This document shows, one piece after another, positions 30,021 through 40,321 of a stretch of DNA of 64,000 bases. This DNA comes from Trueperaceae bacterium. GTDB taxonomy: Bacteria; Deinococcota; Deinococci; Deinococcales; Trueperaceae. Made by a program: the position numbers and the translations under genes. The notes under the pieces are model-generated. The model was not told the origin of the DNA. It was given only the letters and a program-made list of their open reading frames with translations, and did not search any database. Position 1 is the stretch's first letter. Each line of letters opens with the position of its first letter. Location: positions 3,424,001 to 3,488,000 of the forward strand of contig CBDCDZ010000004.1 in assembly GCA_965215565.1 (NCBI GenBank), given 5' to 3'.

Positions 30021-30180
30021 GAAGCTGGCAGCTCATCGGATTCCGTGAGACGACTCTCATGATGAAAGGCTGTTTCAGCGTCTGTAACTTGAGCAGCGCC
30101 GCTCCCACGCTAACGTTGCTCATTTAATCCTTTATGAGTTTTCATGTGAGAGCGTTAAAGTACCCCATAAGGAGGCAACA

Positions 30181-30339
30181 ATGAAAGATATCATGAAAGT
30201 TTTCCGTTCCCCTAGAATCGTTTTGCTCAGCGTGTTCGCCGTTTTCACCCTCTCGCTCGCCGCGTGCGGCCCTTCGGGCGGTGGCGAAGGCGGTAGCGAA
30301 AGTGGCACGGCTGAGGGCTCGAGCACCGGAGGCGGTTAA
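30181..30339 (+). CDS. Tiny lipoprotein (52 aa), paralog of 29745-30020; not in the ORF track
   Basis: SD AAGGAGG; MKDIMKVFRSPRIVLLSVFAVFTLSLAACGPSGGGEGGSESGTAEGSSTGGG*. Confidence 0.75.
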   Translation: MKDIMKVFRSPRIVLLSVFAVFTLSLAACGPSGGGEGGSESGTAEGSSTGGG

Positions 30340-30360
30340 GCCTTCCTAACGCAATCAGCA

Positions 30361-30390
30361 GAAAGGCGAGCTTCGTGCTCGCCTTTTTTC
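30361..30390 (+). terminator. Intrinsic terminator
   Basis: aaaggcgagc-ttcgt-gctcgcctttttt. Confidence 0.85.
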
Positions 30391-30461
30391 ATGATTCTAC
30401 TTTTTTGTTCGCACGAGTTCTTGTGCGGATTTTAGAGGCGTCCCGTTCTGTGCCTACATAG

Positions 30462-31991
<1,530 letters not shown>

Positions 31992-32061
31992 CGTATGATA
32001 AAGGCTATGAGAGTCCCTACTCGCTTCGATGCTCGCACTGGGGGTTACGAGGAGGTTGCCT

Positions 32062-32421
32062 ATGTTCGCTAGCATGAGCCACAACGAACTCGTCGCCCAA
32101 GTCGAAGACGTGGTGAGTGACGCCCGCAAGCGCCTCGGTGTAGAGGTAGAGATGCTCGCGGGCAAGCGCGAAACCGACTTGGCTCTACTTATCACTAAAG
32201 GTGAGAAGAAGGATGCGATGGCGCTGCCGGTTCACCTGCAGGACTACTTGCCCTACGCCGATATCGAACTCATCGCCTCGCAGGTGCAAGGCGCAGACTA
32301 CAAGCTTACCCTAGTCGTCACGCGCAAACTGCGCGAGCAGCCCAGCCAAGAGATGGAGCGCCGCGCTAAGCTGCGTAACTTCAGTAAGCGGGTGTCGTCG
32401 CCGAGTTTGCGCAGACGCTAA
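32062..32421 (+). CDS. Hypothetical protein
   Basis: SD GAGGAGG before ATG 32062; genome-typical codon use. Confidence 0.6.
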   Translation: MFASMSHNELVAQVEDVVSDARKRLGVEVEMLAGKRETDLALLITKGEKKDAMALPVHLQDYLPYADIELIASQVQGADYKLTLVVTRKLREQPSQEMERRAKLRNFSKRVSSPSLRRR

Positions 32422-32534
32422 AATTAACGAAATTTTCAAGGGACGCTGAGTCCCTTTTTTCATTGGCGAGCTTGCTCTAGCTGATAAGCGTCGCTGCCCT
32501 CTCAAAGGCCAGTGCGGTGGTGCGTCTATACAAG

Positions 32535-32645
32535 TAGCAGTTCCACAACATATTGAGACAGTTGAGCGCAGATATCATCCCTTGAAGTGCGTGCTAGACA
32601 TTGTTTTACAAAGTGCGAGTGTCTCTGACCAGATGATACCTGCTA
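32535..32645 (-). mobile_element. MITE family A, full-length copy (111 bp)
   Basis: TAGCAGTTCCAC...CCAGATGATACCTGCTA. Confidence 0.85.
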
Positions 32646-32759
32646 AAGCATTACCTTAAAAATGAATCCTGAAAACCCTTTGCTCCGAAGAAACGTTAGT
32701 TAAAGCATTCACACGCTTGAGTTTGAAAAGCTCACACTTCTTTTTTGCTGTATAAACGG

Positions 32760-32788
32760 TTGCATATTCACGCCTGTTCTGCTACACT
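32760..32788 (+). promoter_or_regulatory. Sigma70-type promoter of the leader-peptide unit
   Basis: TTGCAT-17 bp-TACACT with extended -10 TG. Confidence 0.7.
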
Positions 32789-32826
32789 TTTAAGTGCCCA
32801 TGAAGGGCGGAAAAGGAGGTGCGAAG

Positions 32827-32958
32827 ATGGTTCAGATTCATACCCAAGTCAAGCCTAAAGTTTGCGCGAAGCCGAGCTGCGAAGCGGTTTATCTGAGCGG
32901 CTGCATGGCTGGACTTCATAAGGGCTTCGCATCACTAGGGGAGACGTGTTTGAGTTGA
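32827..32958 (+). CDS. Putative 43-aa leader peptide MVQIHTQVKPKVCAKPSCEAVYLSGCMAGLHKGFASLGETCLS
   Basis: Strong SD AAAAGGAGGT (32811-32820); followed by a terminator whose 5' arm can pair with the last codons. Confidence 0.65.
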   Translation: MVQIHTQVKPKVCAKPSCEAVYLSGCMAGLHKGFASLGETCLS

Positions 32959-32979
32959 CTAACTCGAGCCGCACCGTTT

Positions 32980-33008
32980 CCCCGACCTCATCCGTCGGGG
33001 TTTTTTTT
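32980..33008 (+). terminator. Intrinsic terminator / attenuator
   Basis: CCCCGAC-ctcatcc-GTCGGGG-T8. Confidence 0.9.
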
Positions 33009-33125
33009 GCCCCAAGCAGGTTTGTCTGGTCACGAACACCCTCACCGAATGATGCGCAAGCTAACGCGCACATTCAAGGACAATATCTGCGCAATTCAAA
33101 ACCAGCAATTTCTAAGGAGAACCAG

Positions 33126-33263
33126 ATGTTTACTGATCCAATGCTTCAAATTGCCAAAGACCACGCCCGCGACCTGCGCCGCAAAGCCAGACGCGACGCG
33201 CTAGCCAACTACCCAGACCGCGAAAGACGCCCCCGTATTCTCAGATACTGGGCGAACCGCTAA
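33126..33263 (+). CDS. Small basic protein P1 (45 aa)
   Basis: SD AAGGAGA; MFTDPMLQIAKDHARDLRRKARRDAL... Confidence 0.65.
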   Translation: MFTDPMLQIAKDHARDLRRKARRDALANYPDRERRPRILRYWANR

Positions 33264-33278
33264 AACCACACGTTTTGA

Positions 33279-33414
33279 TAGCACTTCCACAACATACTGA
33301 GATAGATGAGCGCAGATCTCTGTCCGTAAGGACTAGCGGGATTTCATCTCAGAATGTGCGTTCTAAACGATGTTCTCTACAGTGGGAGTGTCTCCAACCA
33401 GATGATACCTGCTA
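33279..33414 (-). mobile_element. MITE family A copy with about 25 bp extra internal sequence
   Basis: TAGCACTTCCAC...CCAGATGATACCTGCTA. Confidence 0.8.
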
Positions 33415-33457
33415 CAAGAAGTGGCGCGGCGGCTTCGACTCGGCAAGAGGAGAGCCG

Positions 33458-33646
33458 ATGATTCACTCAGATAAGTTTTTAGAGCGCACCGCCAAAGACC
33501 AAATGTAAGACTTCCAGAAAGAAGCCGCCATAGAGCGCCAGCGCCCTAGCTACCGCCAGCGCTTAGCTGCTCGTTTGATGAAAATTGCGAAGTGGCTCGA
33601 GCCCGAAGCCGAAAGCGCTCCTGCGCCCGAGCTTCTAAGCCGCTGA
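33458..33646 (+). pseudogene. Small protein P2 with in-frame TAA at 33506-33508
   Basis: SD AAGAGGAG; MIHSDKFLERTAKDQM*DFQKEAAIERQRPSYRQRLAARLMKIAKWLEPE... Confidence 0.65.
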
Positions 33647-33745
33647 CCTCAACCTGATATAAAGAGCAAAAATACTAAACGGTTCGCTCAGTCCTCTACA
33701 TAAGAGGCTGGGCTTACGTTTTGGATTTGCTAGCCTGTAAGGTTA

Positions 33746-34429
33746 TTATTTAGGAGAGTCCTTCACAGGTGTAAGTCCCAGCGTGAAATAGTAGCGTTGC
33801 TCCGAGGATGACTCGGGTCTCGAGTATCGCCCCAACAATTCCGACAACTCCCGCTGAAACGCCTTCGCCTCTTCGAACGTGAGCGCGGTGAAGCCGTTCG
33901 TAACCCATACGGCGGGAAAGTCGGGGTCGAGGATGCTCGCGCCCGGTCTTTCCGCTTCGGGTTTGTGAGAGGGCGCGAGGCGGGCGACGCCACTCTCCCC
34001 CTCTTTCGCCAATAAGACGCCCCAACTGTCGGCTCGGTCTAAGAATGTTTGTGCGAGGTTGCGGATAAAGCGCTCCGAAGAGGCGTGCAGCATCTCGCTA
34101 ATGAGCGCTTCTAACGAGGCGTAAGGCGTCACTTCGAAAGGGGCAAAAAACGCCTCGGCGCTCGCCCGGTACACCTTGACGGCTCGCCCCTTGCGCGGCT
34201 CCTCCCGCGCCACTTCGATAAGCCCCAAAGCTAGGAGTTTTTGCACGCGGTAGTGCATCGCGTTGAGCTTGAGCCCAACCTCCGCCGCCGCTTCGCTGAG
34301 CGTTCTCTCGCCGCGTATAAAGGGGTTTAGAAAATGCCGTTCGGCAGGGTCCGCTAAGACCCGCGCCGCTTCGGGGTTTGTCACCACAACCGTTTCATCT
34401 GCGGGCTTGTTCAAAGAGGTGTCTTCCAT
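33746..34429 (-). CDS. ArsR-like winged-helix transcriptional regulator
   Basis: AARVLADP..TLSEAAAEVGL..MHYRVQKLLALGL..GRAVKVYRA. Confidence 0.8.
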   Translation of the reverse strand: MEDTSLNKPADETVVVTNPEAARVLADPAERHFLNPFIRGERTLSEAAAEVGLKLNAMHYRVQKLLALGLIEVAREEPRKGRAVKVYRASAEAFFAPFEVTPYASLEALISEMLHASSERFIRNLAQTFLDRADSWGVLLAKEGESGVARLAPSHKPEAERPGASILDPDFPAVWVTNGFTALTFEEAKAFQRELSELLGRYSRPESSSEQRYYFTLGLTPVKDSPK

Positions 34430-34595
34430 TTGAAGTAGCTTACCCCCATGATGAGATTAGGCGAGGAGAGATAAGTGATGGTAAAACAAAATAAAAATAA
34501 ACGTAAACATAGTAGCTTAGTTTTACTAAATATAAAAGTAAACTTGATATTTGACCAACAAGCTTCTAAGATTCACTCAACGGAAGGAGTGCAGT

Positions 34596-34799
34596 ATGTG
34601 GAGGGAAACGAGTTTCGTAATTCGGGAAGGTCAAGATAAGCTCGCTCGCTATCATCAAGAGGTCAGCCGCGCGAAGATGCTGGGTCACACGTCACTGAGA
34701 AGTCGCCTGGCACAGACACTAAGAGGTTGGGCGGAGCGGCTCGAGCCTACTCCCCTCCCTTCTCGAGTAGACAGACAGCCCGCCAAAAGCGCACACTAA
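34596..34799 (+). CDS. Small basic protein P3 (67 aa), first gene of the ABC operon
   Basis: SD AAGGAG; RSRLAQTLRGWAERLEP motif shared with P2. Confidence 0.7.
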   Translation: MWRETSFVIREGQDKLARYHQEVSRAKMLGHTSLRSRLAQTLRGWAERLEPTPLPSRVDRQPAKSAH

Positions 34800-34802
34800 G
34801 CC

Positions 34803-35801
34803 ATGTCCATCATCCGACTCGAGCACGTCACCAAGCGCTACGGAAAACGCAAGTCGAAAGAGGTCGTTACCGCCGCCGAAGACGTGTCGTTCGAGGTGGC
34901 GAGAGGTGAAATCTTAGGGCTTTTAGGTCCGAACGGGGCAGGGAAAACAACGACGATCAAAACGATTTGCGGACTTCTCAAACCCGACGAGGGGCGCGTC
35001 ACCGTGAACGGCGTGGATAATCAGCGCAAGAGGTTGGAGGCTCTGCGGCATATCAGCGCCGTGCTAGAAGGCAACCGCAACCTCTACTGGCGCTTGAGCG
35101 TGCGGGAGAACTTGGAATACTTCGCGGGCAACCGGGGCGTGTCGCGGCGAAGCGTTAGGGGCAAGATCGATGACCTCTTGGCGCGGTTTCGCTTAGAGGA
35201 CAAAGCGGGCGAGTTAGTCAACAACCTCTCGAGGGGGATGCAGCAAAAACTCGCCATCGCCGTCGCCATGCTCGCCGAGACCGAGGTCATCCTCTTAGAC
35301 GAGCCGACGCTCGGGCTGGACGTAGCGACGGGCTACGAAGTCAGAAGACTGCTCCGCCAAGTCGCGAGTCAAGGACGCACCATCATTGTGAGCACCCACG
35401 ACATGCCCGTGGTGCAAGACCTCTGCGAGCGCACCGTGATTATCAACGCAGGGCGGGTGGTGGTGGACGATAAGGTCGAGAACTTGATGCGACTCTTTGA
35501 AACGAGAGCGTACGTCGTTACGCTGGGCGCACCGCTCAGTTCGGAGCAGCAGCGGCGGCTAGAGCGTGCGTTTCCGGTTCTGAGCTACGACAACGGGGAG
35601 AATAGTGGCGGGGAGAAAGGGACGCTCAAGGTGAGCCTCGAGCACAGCGACGCCATCTACGACCTCATGGAGATTTTGAGACTCGAGCGCACCCCCGTCG
35701 AAGCGATAGACCGCACCGCTGTCAATTTCGAGCGGGTCTTTATGGAACTCGTCAAAGAACCTGAACCGGCGGAAAGCGAAACCGAACATGCTCTGGTTTA
35801 A
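34803..35801 (+). CDS. ABC exporter ATP-binding subunit
   Basis: GPNGAGKTT, LSRGMQQK, ILLDEPT. Confidence 0.95.
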   Translation: MSIIRLEHVTKRYGKRKSKEVVTAAEDVSFEVARGEILGLLGPNGAGKTTTIKTICGLLKPDEGRVTVNGVDNQRKRLEALRHISAVLEGNRNLYWRLSVRENLEYFAGNRGVSRRSVRGKIDDLLARFRLEDKAGELVNNLSRGMQQKLAIAVAMLAETEVILLDEPTLGLDVATGYEVRRLLRQVASQGRTIIVSTHDMPVVQDLCERTVIINAGRVVVDDKVENLMRLFETRAYVVTLGAPLSSEQQRRLERAFPVLSYDNGENSGGEKGTLKVSLEHSDAIYDLMEILRLERTPVEAIDRTAVNFERVFMELVKEPEPAESETEHALV

Positions 35802-36558
35802 CGTCTTAGAGGCGAACGTCCGCAAAGTCGCGATCGAACTGCGGCGCTACTTACCTAATACGCTCAGTTTACTGTTCACTTTCTACGCGGTCTTCTTCGG
35901 TCTTTTCTTGGGCGTTCAGTTCCTCGGCTCGCCCGAAGACGCGGCGCAGGGGACGCCCTACATCATCGTCAACACGGTGCTCTGGTTTTTGGCGCTCATG
36001 GCGATGCAGGGCATCGGCTGGGAGATCGAGCAGGAGGCGACGCGGGGCACCTTAGAGCAGCTCTACATGTCGCCCGTGGGCGCGTGGCGCATCCTCCTGG
36101 CGCGGATGATAGGCACTGTACTCGCTAACGCGCTCGTCATCGCGGTGATGCTCGTGCTCGCGATGCTCACGGCGCAGAGGTGGCTCACCTTTGACCTCTT
36201 GACGCTTTTACCCGTGCTGTTCTTTACAATTTTATGTATGCTCGGCATCGGCTTTATGGTGGCAGGGCTCGCTCTGATGTTCAAACGGATTCAGGCGTTT
36301 TTGCAGATTGCGCAGTTCATCTTTTTGGCGCTCGTGTCGGTGCCGCCCTTTGTGGGCTGGCTCGAGCTTCTCCCCGTCATCAAAGGCTCGGACATGATTC
36401 GCCGCACGATGATCGAGGGAACCTCTCTCCTGCAGTTTTCCTCACTCGACTGGCTCTCGCTCGCACTGAACGCCGCCGTATACTTCGCGCTCGGCGTGCT
36501 GCTCTACCGGCTTGCCGAAAAGCGGGCGATGCGGTTGGGACTTTTGGGGCAGTATTAG
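35788..36558 (+). CDS. ABC-2 type permease
   Basis: Six TM segments, EATRGTLEQLYMSP. Confidence 0.9.
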   Translation: MLWFNVLEANVRKVAIELRRYLPNTLSLLFTFYAVFFGLFLGVQFLGSPEDAAQGTPYIIVNTVLWFLALMAMQGIGWEIEQEATRGTLEQLYMSPVGAWRILLARMIGTVLANALVIAVMLVLAMLTAQRWLTFDLLTLLPVLFFTILCMLGIGFMVAGLALMFKRIQAFLQIAQFIFLALVSVPPFVGWLELLPVIKGSDMIRRTMIEGTSLLQFSSLDWLSLALNAAVYFALGVLLYRLAEKRAMRLGLLGQY

Positions 36559-36562
36559 AAGC

Positions 36563-36668
36563 AGCAATCCAGTCGAGCTGGTACACGCTAGTTCTTGCGA
36601 AGCAAACGAACGGTGAGCAATGAGTAGATGCCTTTTACTTTCAACTCATTGCTCGTTGCTCATTGCTA
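36563..36668 (+). repeat. Intergenic repeat family B
   Basis: agcaatccagtcRagctggtacacgctagttcttgcgaagcaaacgaacggtgag plus a gcaatgag/ctcattgc hairpin; second copy at 49330-49450. Confidence 0.85.
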
Positions 36669-36724
36669 TCTTCACGTTTCACCCGACTTCCCCAGCTCGC
36701 CTCGCGTAACGTATACTGCCCTTA

Positions 36725-37120
36725 GTGAGTGATGACAGTAACCAACCCAAAACGTACACCGACAGAGAAATTCTCCTAGAGTTCTTCCCTGCGACAGACG
36801 AACACCTTTTGCCTGCGTCGGGGGCGTATAGGCTCGAGCACGGCGACGGACATATCCTCCTTCGCGACGAGAAAAAGGACCGCGCCGCTGTTTTAATTCC
36901 TATATCACAAGCGGGCAACGCCTCCACGCAAGTTTGCTGTGATCTCTGCGCGAGGAGTGCGCCGCGCCACTTCTTGCAAATGTTTCGCGCCGAGCTGCCC
37001 GGCTCGAAGGGGCGGCGCTACCGCTACGTCTCGCTCTGCAAAGACACGGAGGGCTGCAACGTGCGGCGCATGGGGGATGCGTCGTTTGAGGCGCTGCTCG
37101 AGCGGGTGCTAGGGCGCTAA
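36725..37120 (+). CDS. FusB/FBP C-terminal-like treble-clef zinc-finger protein
   Basis: CDLC...GSKGR...LCKDTEGC Cys spacing resembles the EF-G-binding protein C-terminal domain (recognised by eye). Confidence 0.6.
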   Translation: MSDDSNQPKTYTDREILLEFFPATDEHLLPASGAYRLEHGDGHILLRDEKKDRAAVLIPISQAGNASTQVCCDLCARSAPRHFLQMFRAELPGSKGRRYRYVSLCKDTEGCNVRRMGDASFEALLERVLGR

Positions 37121-37131
37121 GCCTCACTCTA

Positions 37132-37155
37132 AACAAGGGGTTGCAACCCCTTGTT
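37132..37155. repeat. Perfect 24-bp palindrome, repeat family C
   Basis: AACAAGGGGTTGCAACCCCTTGTT; relatives at 8391-8408, 59310-59333, 61685-61708. Confidence 0.8.
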
Positions 37156-37184
37156 CATGTCAGATGCCGTATTAGACTGTCCCT

Positions 37185-37946
37185 ATGAAGTTTCAAGGTA
37201 AATGCGCCATCGTGACAGGTGGCGCTCAGGGTATCGGAAGAGCGACGGCCAAGCACCTCTTAGAGCAAGGGGCAAAAGTCGTCATAGCGGATACGGACGC
37301 CGAAGCGGGACAAGAGATTGTTGAGGCGTATTTAGACGTAGGCGAGATTCACTTTACGCAAGTGGACGTCTCGAGCGAAACCTCCGTGGAGTCCTTGATC
37401 TCTGAGACGGCCGAGCGCTTAGGTGGTCTCGACTACCTCGTCAACAATGCCGGAACGATGATTCGCAAACCCGTAACAGACCTCAGTTTAGACGAGTGGA
37501 ACGAGGTTTTGGGGGTCAACCTTACGGGCATGTTTCTCTGCGCGAAGTACGCCGCGCCGCATCTCAAGAGGTCTCGGGGGGCGGTGGTGAACGTCGCCTC
37601 GAGCCGCGCGGTCATGTCCGAGCCCGACACCGAATCCTACGCCGCTTCAAAAGGGGGCGTCGTCGCGTTGACGCACGCGCTCAGCGTCAGCTTGGGACCA
37701 GAGGTGCGCGTGAACGCTGTGAGCCCCGGCTGGATTTCGGTAAGTGAGTGGCAGAAAGAGGCGGAGCGTGAAGCCGCCTCACTTCGTCCGGTAGACCACG
37801 AGCAGCATCCGGTGGGGCGCGTCGGCAAGCCTGAAGATGTCGCAAAGCTGATCGGCTATTTGCTCTCTGACGAAAGCGGCTTTATCACCGGGCAGAACTT
37901 CGTTGTAGACGGCGGCATGACGCGCAAGATGATCTATGTAGAGTAG
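37185..37946 (+). CDS. Short-chain dehydrogenase/reductase
   Basis: TGGAQGIG, NNAG, YAASK. Confidence 0.95.
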   Translation: MKFQGKCAIVTGGAQGIGRATAKHLLEQGAKVVIADTDAEAGQEIVEAYLDVGEIHFTQVDVSSETSVESLISETAERLGGLDYLVNNAGTMIRKPVTDLSLDEWNEVLGVNLTGMFLCAKYAAPHLKRSRGAVVNVASSRAVMSEPDTESYAASKGGVVALTHALSVSLGPEVRVNAVSPGWISVSEWQKEAEREAASLRPVDHEQHPVGRVGKPEDVAKLIGYLLSDESGFITGQNFVVDGGMTRKMIYVE

Positions 37947-37967
37947 ATTCCGGGCACTTGCACCTCT

Positions 37968-39008
37968 TTACCCCACCAACTGCATCACTACCGCCAAATC
38001 ATCGAACACCATGTAGTGCTCTTTCACCTTGTCATCCACAATGTACACGTGGCTTATCCCCAAAATGTTGACGCGCTTGTCCGTGGGCTTGCCGTACCAG
38101 CCGTAGCGGGCGTGCGTGCCCGAGAAGCGCCAACGCACGGCGGCGCGGTAGCCGCCCTCTTCACTCTCTAAGCCGTACACGTGCTCCACGTTCATGTGCG
38201 CGTCGGGGAACATGGCCATAAAGTTCAGGTGATACGCCCGGATGTTAGCGACGCCGCGCAGGGTGAGGTGATGCGGGACGTGGAGGCTCGAGTCCTCCGC
38301 GTACTTCTCTGTTATCCGGTTGAAGTGCCTCGAGTTCCACGCGTCGTGAAAGAGCTGCCTGATAAATTCCTCGTGTGGGTCTCCGCTCTGCGGTTGATAC
38401 GCCGCAGGTGGGTACTGCCCTTGCAAGCGGTCCGTTTCGCCGGTCACGCTCACGGACCAGAGCGCCGCCGCATCCTTCGCCACCTCCCAGATGTCGAAGC
38501 CGAGCTGCCGCACCATCGCGGCGGTGTCGCGCACGAGCCACTCCTCGACGACGAGGTTCTCTCTGACGAAGCAGTTGGCGATGGCTAAGAACTCGGCGCG
38601 CCGCCCCGTCGGGGGTCCCCATGGACTGTAGCCCGTGTTCGTCCCGGTACTCACCAAGAGGTGCGAGGTGTGAAAGCCGCGCTCGTCGTCGCCTGTCCAG
38701 AGAACATCTTTGGCATATAGACGGCGGTTAGGGAGGGCGGCGGCAGAGGCGATGGAGCCGCTCACCACCTCTTCGACGCCGTAGGCGGTGCCGTAGCCCG
38801 TATGCACCATGACAGTACCCAAATAGGTGTCGTAGATGTGCCCTATGTCGCCCTCTTCCCAGATGCGGTGGGTGATGCGCAAGATGTAGTCCACGATGTC
38901 TTCGTACTGCGGGTCGAAGCCGCGCATGGCGTGTTCAGTTTGCTTATTTTGGCGGCGCACGTGGGTTAAGTTTTGCTCGAGTGAAGGCGTGTCCAAGTCT
39001 GAGTCCAT
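37968..39008 (-). CDS. Tandem SnoaL-like ester cyclase protein
   Basis: Two NTF2-like repeats (GPPTGRR..EEWLVRD; GKPTDKRV..EHYMVFD). Confidence 0.8.
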   Translation of the reverse strand: MDSDLDTPSLEQNLTHVRRQNKQTEHAMRGFDPQYEDIVDYILRITHRIWEEGDIGHIYDTYLGTVMVHTGYGTAYGVEEVVSGSIASAAALPNRRLYAKDVLWTGDDERGFHTSHLLVSTGTNTGYSPWGPPTGRRAEFLAIANCFVRENLVVEEWLVRDTAAMVRQLGFDIWEVAKDAAALWSVSVTGETDRLQGQYPPAAYQPQSGDPHEEFIRQLFHDAWNSRHFNRITEKYAEDSSLHVPHHLTLRGVANIRAYHLNFMAMFPDAHMNVEHVYGLESEEGGYRAAVRWRFSGTHARYGWYGKPTDKRVNILGISHVYIVDDKVKEHYMVFDDLAVVMQLVG

Positions 39009-39153
39009 CGTGTCTCCAAATCGTAAGTGTTTACTACGGTCTTTAATGAGTGTATCAGCCTCGAGACGGGGGCGCAGTTTGACCCAAGTTTGGTGAAGTT
39101 TCGCCGTGATATTGGGACATCTCCGAGTGGACGCGGCAAACCGTAGGGCCCAC

Positions 39154-39900
39154 CTAGGCTTTGCGAACTTCGAATACGCCGTTCGCGCTGCCCTCTTCGA
39201 AAGATTCCAACTCCCAATTCTTATAGAGGTTTACAATTTCAAAACCGCTCTTTCGGACGAGAGCGAGGAGTTTCTCGAGCGGGGTGAACTTGAGGTTGAT
39301 GCTCGAGTGCCTGAGCTGTCCATCCGAATACTTACGCCTCATCTCGTAGTAAAGGATGCCCTTTTCAGCGTCATAGCGTGTTTGCTTGTCGAAAAAACGC
39401 ACGTCGCGTCCGTCAGGAAGGGTGTACGTGCTCCAGAGCTGAAAGTCGTCATCTATAGAGAGGTCATAACCTTCGGGCAAGCGCGTGTCGAAGACGAGGA
39501 GCCCACCCTCGTTGAGATGGGTGTGGATGTTGCTTAGTAGTAACAGAACTTCTTCGTCGCCCAAAAAGCCTTGAAAAGCGTTGCCCGTCATCACGGCTAA
39601 AGCGAAGCGCGTATCCAACGCGAACTCGAGCGCGTTCGTAAGCCTAAACGAGAGGGTGTCTTTCCCCGCACCTTTTTCTTCCGCTCGCGCTAACATCGCC
39701 CCTGTAATGTCGATGCCGACGGTCTCTAAACCTGTCTCCGCCAAAGGAACTGTGACGATGCCCGTGCCGCAGCACACATCCAGAATCGCGCCGTTTTGCT
39801 GCAAGGCCAACCTCTTCAAGTACGCGGTTTCGCCTTCGTATTGGTTGCCATACTGCGCGTCGTAGTCCACGCCCGAAAAGAACTCGCTCAAGTCTTGCAC
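39154..39900 (-). CDS. Class I SAM-dependent methyltransferase
   Basis: ILDVCCGTG, HLNEGGLLVFD. Confidence 0.9.
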   Translation of the reverse strand: MQDLSEFFSGVDYDAQYGNQYEGETAYLKRLALQQNGAILDVCCGTGIVTVPLAETGLETVGIDITGAMLARAEEKGAGKDTLSFRLTNALEFALDTRFALAVMTGNAFQGFLGDEEVLLLLSNIHTHLNEGGLLVFDTRLPEGYDLSIDDDFQLWSTYTLPDGRDVRFFDKQTRYDAEKGILYYEMRRKYSDGQLRHSSINLKFTPLEKLLALVRKSGFEIVNLYKNWELESFEEGSANGVFEVRKA

Positions 39901-39928
39901 GCTTTTAGTTGTAACATTTGGTAGGTGA

Positions 39929-40321
39929 TCAGGGGAGCAGCTCGAGCGGTTTTCTCGTCCTCACAACGTTGAAATGTCTGCGGTCTGTTGTAGCGACTCG
40001 CCCGACATGCTCCGCTAAAGCGATGACAGAAGCGTCAGCGAAACCGAGTGGTAAGTCAGCGTATTGGCGCGTGAGTTCTTGGATGCGGGGCAGGTCGCTT
40101 TCACGCCACTCGAGGCGGAACTTCTCGCTTTGACAGTCGTCCAAGAATGCCGCCATCGGATACTGACCTAAACGGCTTTCGACCATGTACGCCAGTTCGC
40201 TGAGTATCGCGACAGGAACGATGATGACTGGTTCGCTGAGAAAAACTTCGTTGACGACCTTGTAATTCTGGTCCTTCTTATTGAGAAAAGCGAGAATTGC
40301 CGAGGTGTCAGCGACGATCAA
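39929..40321 (-). CDS. vapC: PIN-domain (VapC) toxin
   Basis: MIVADTS, LSELAY, LGFADASVIALAE, TTDRRHF. Confidence 0.9.
   Translation of the reverse strand: MIVADTSAILAFLNKKDQNYKVVNEVFLSEPVIIVPVAILSELAYMVESRLGQYPMAAFLDDCQSEKFRLEWRESDLPRIQELTRQYADLPLGFADASVIALAEHVGRVATTDRRHFNVVRTRKPLELLP

Noticed and set aside
32946..33508. ORF-track entries 32946-33263 and 33275-33508 at full length
   Set aside because: They run through a terminator or a MITE; SD-supported starts are 33126 and 33458
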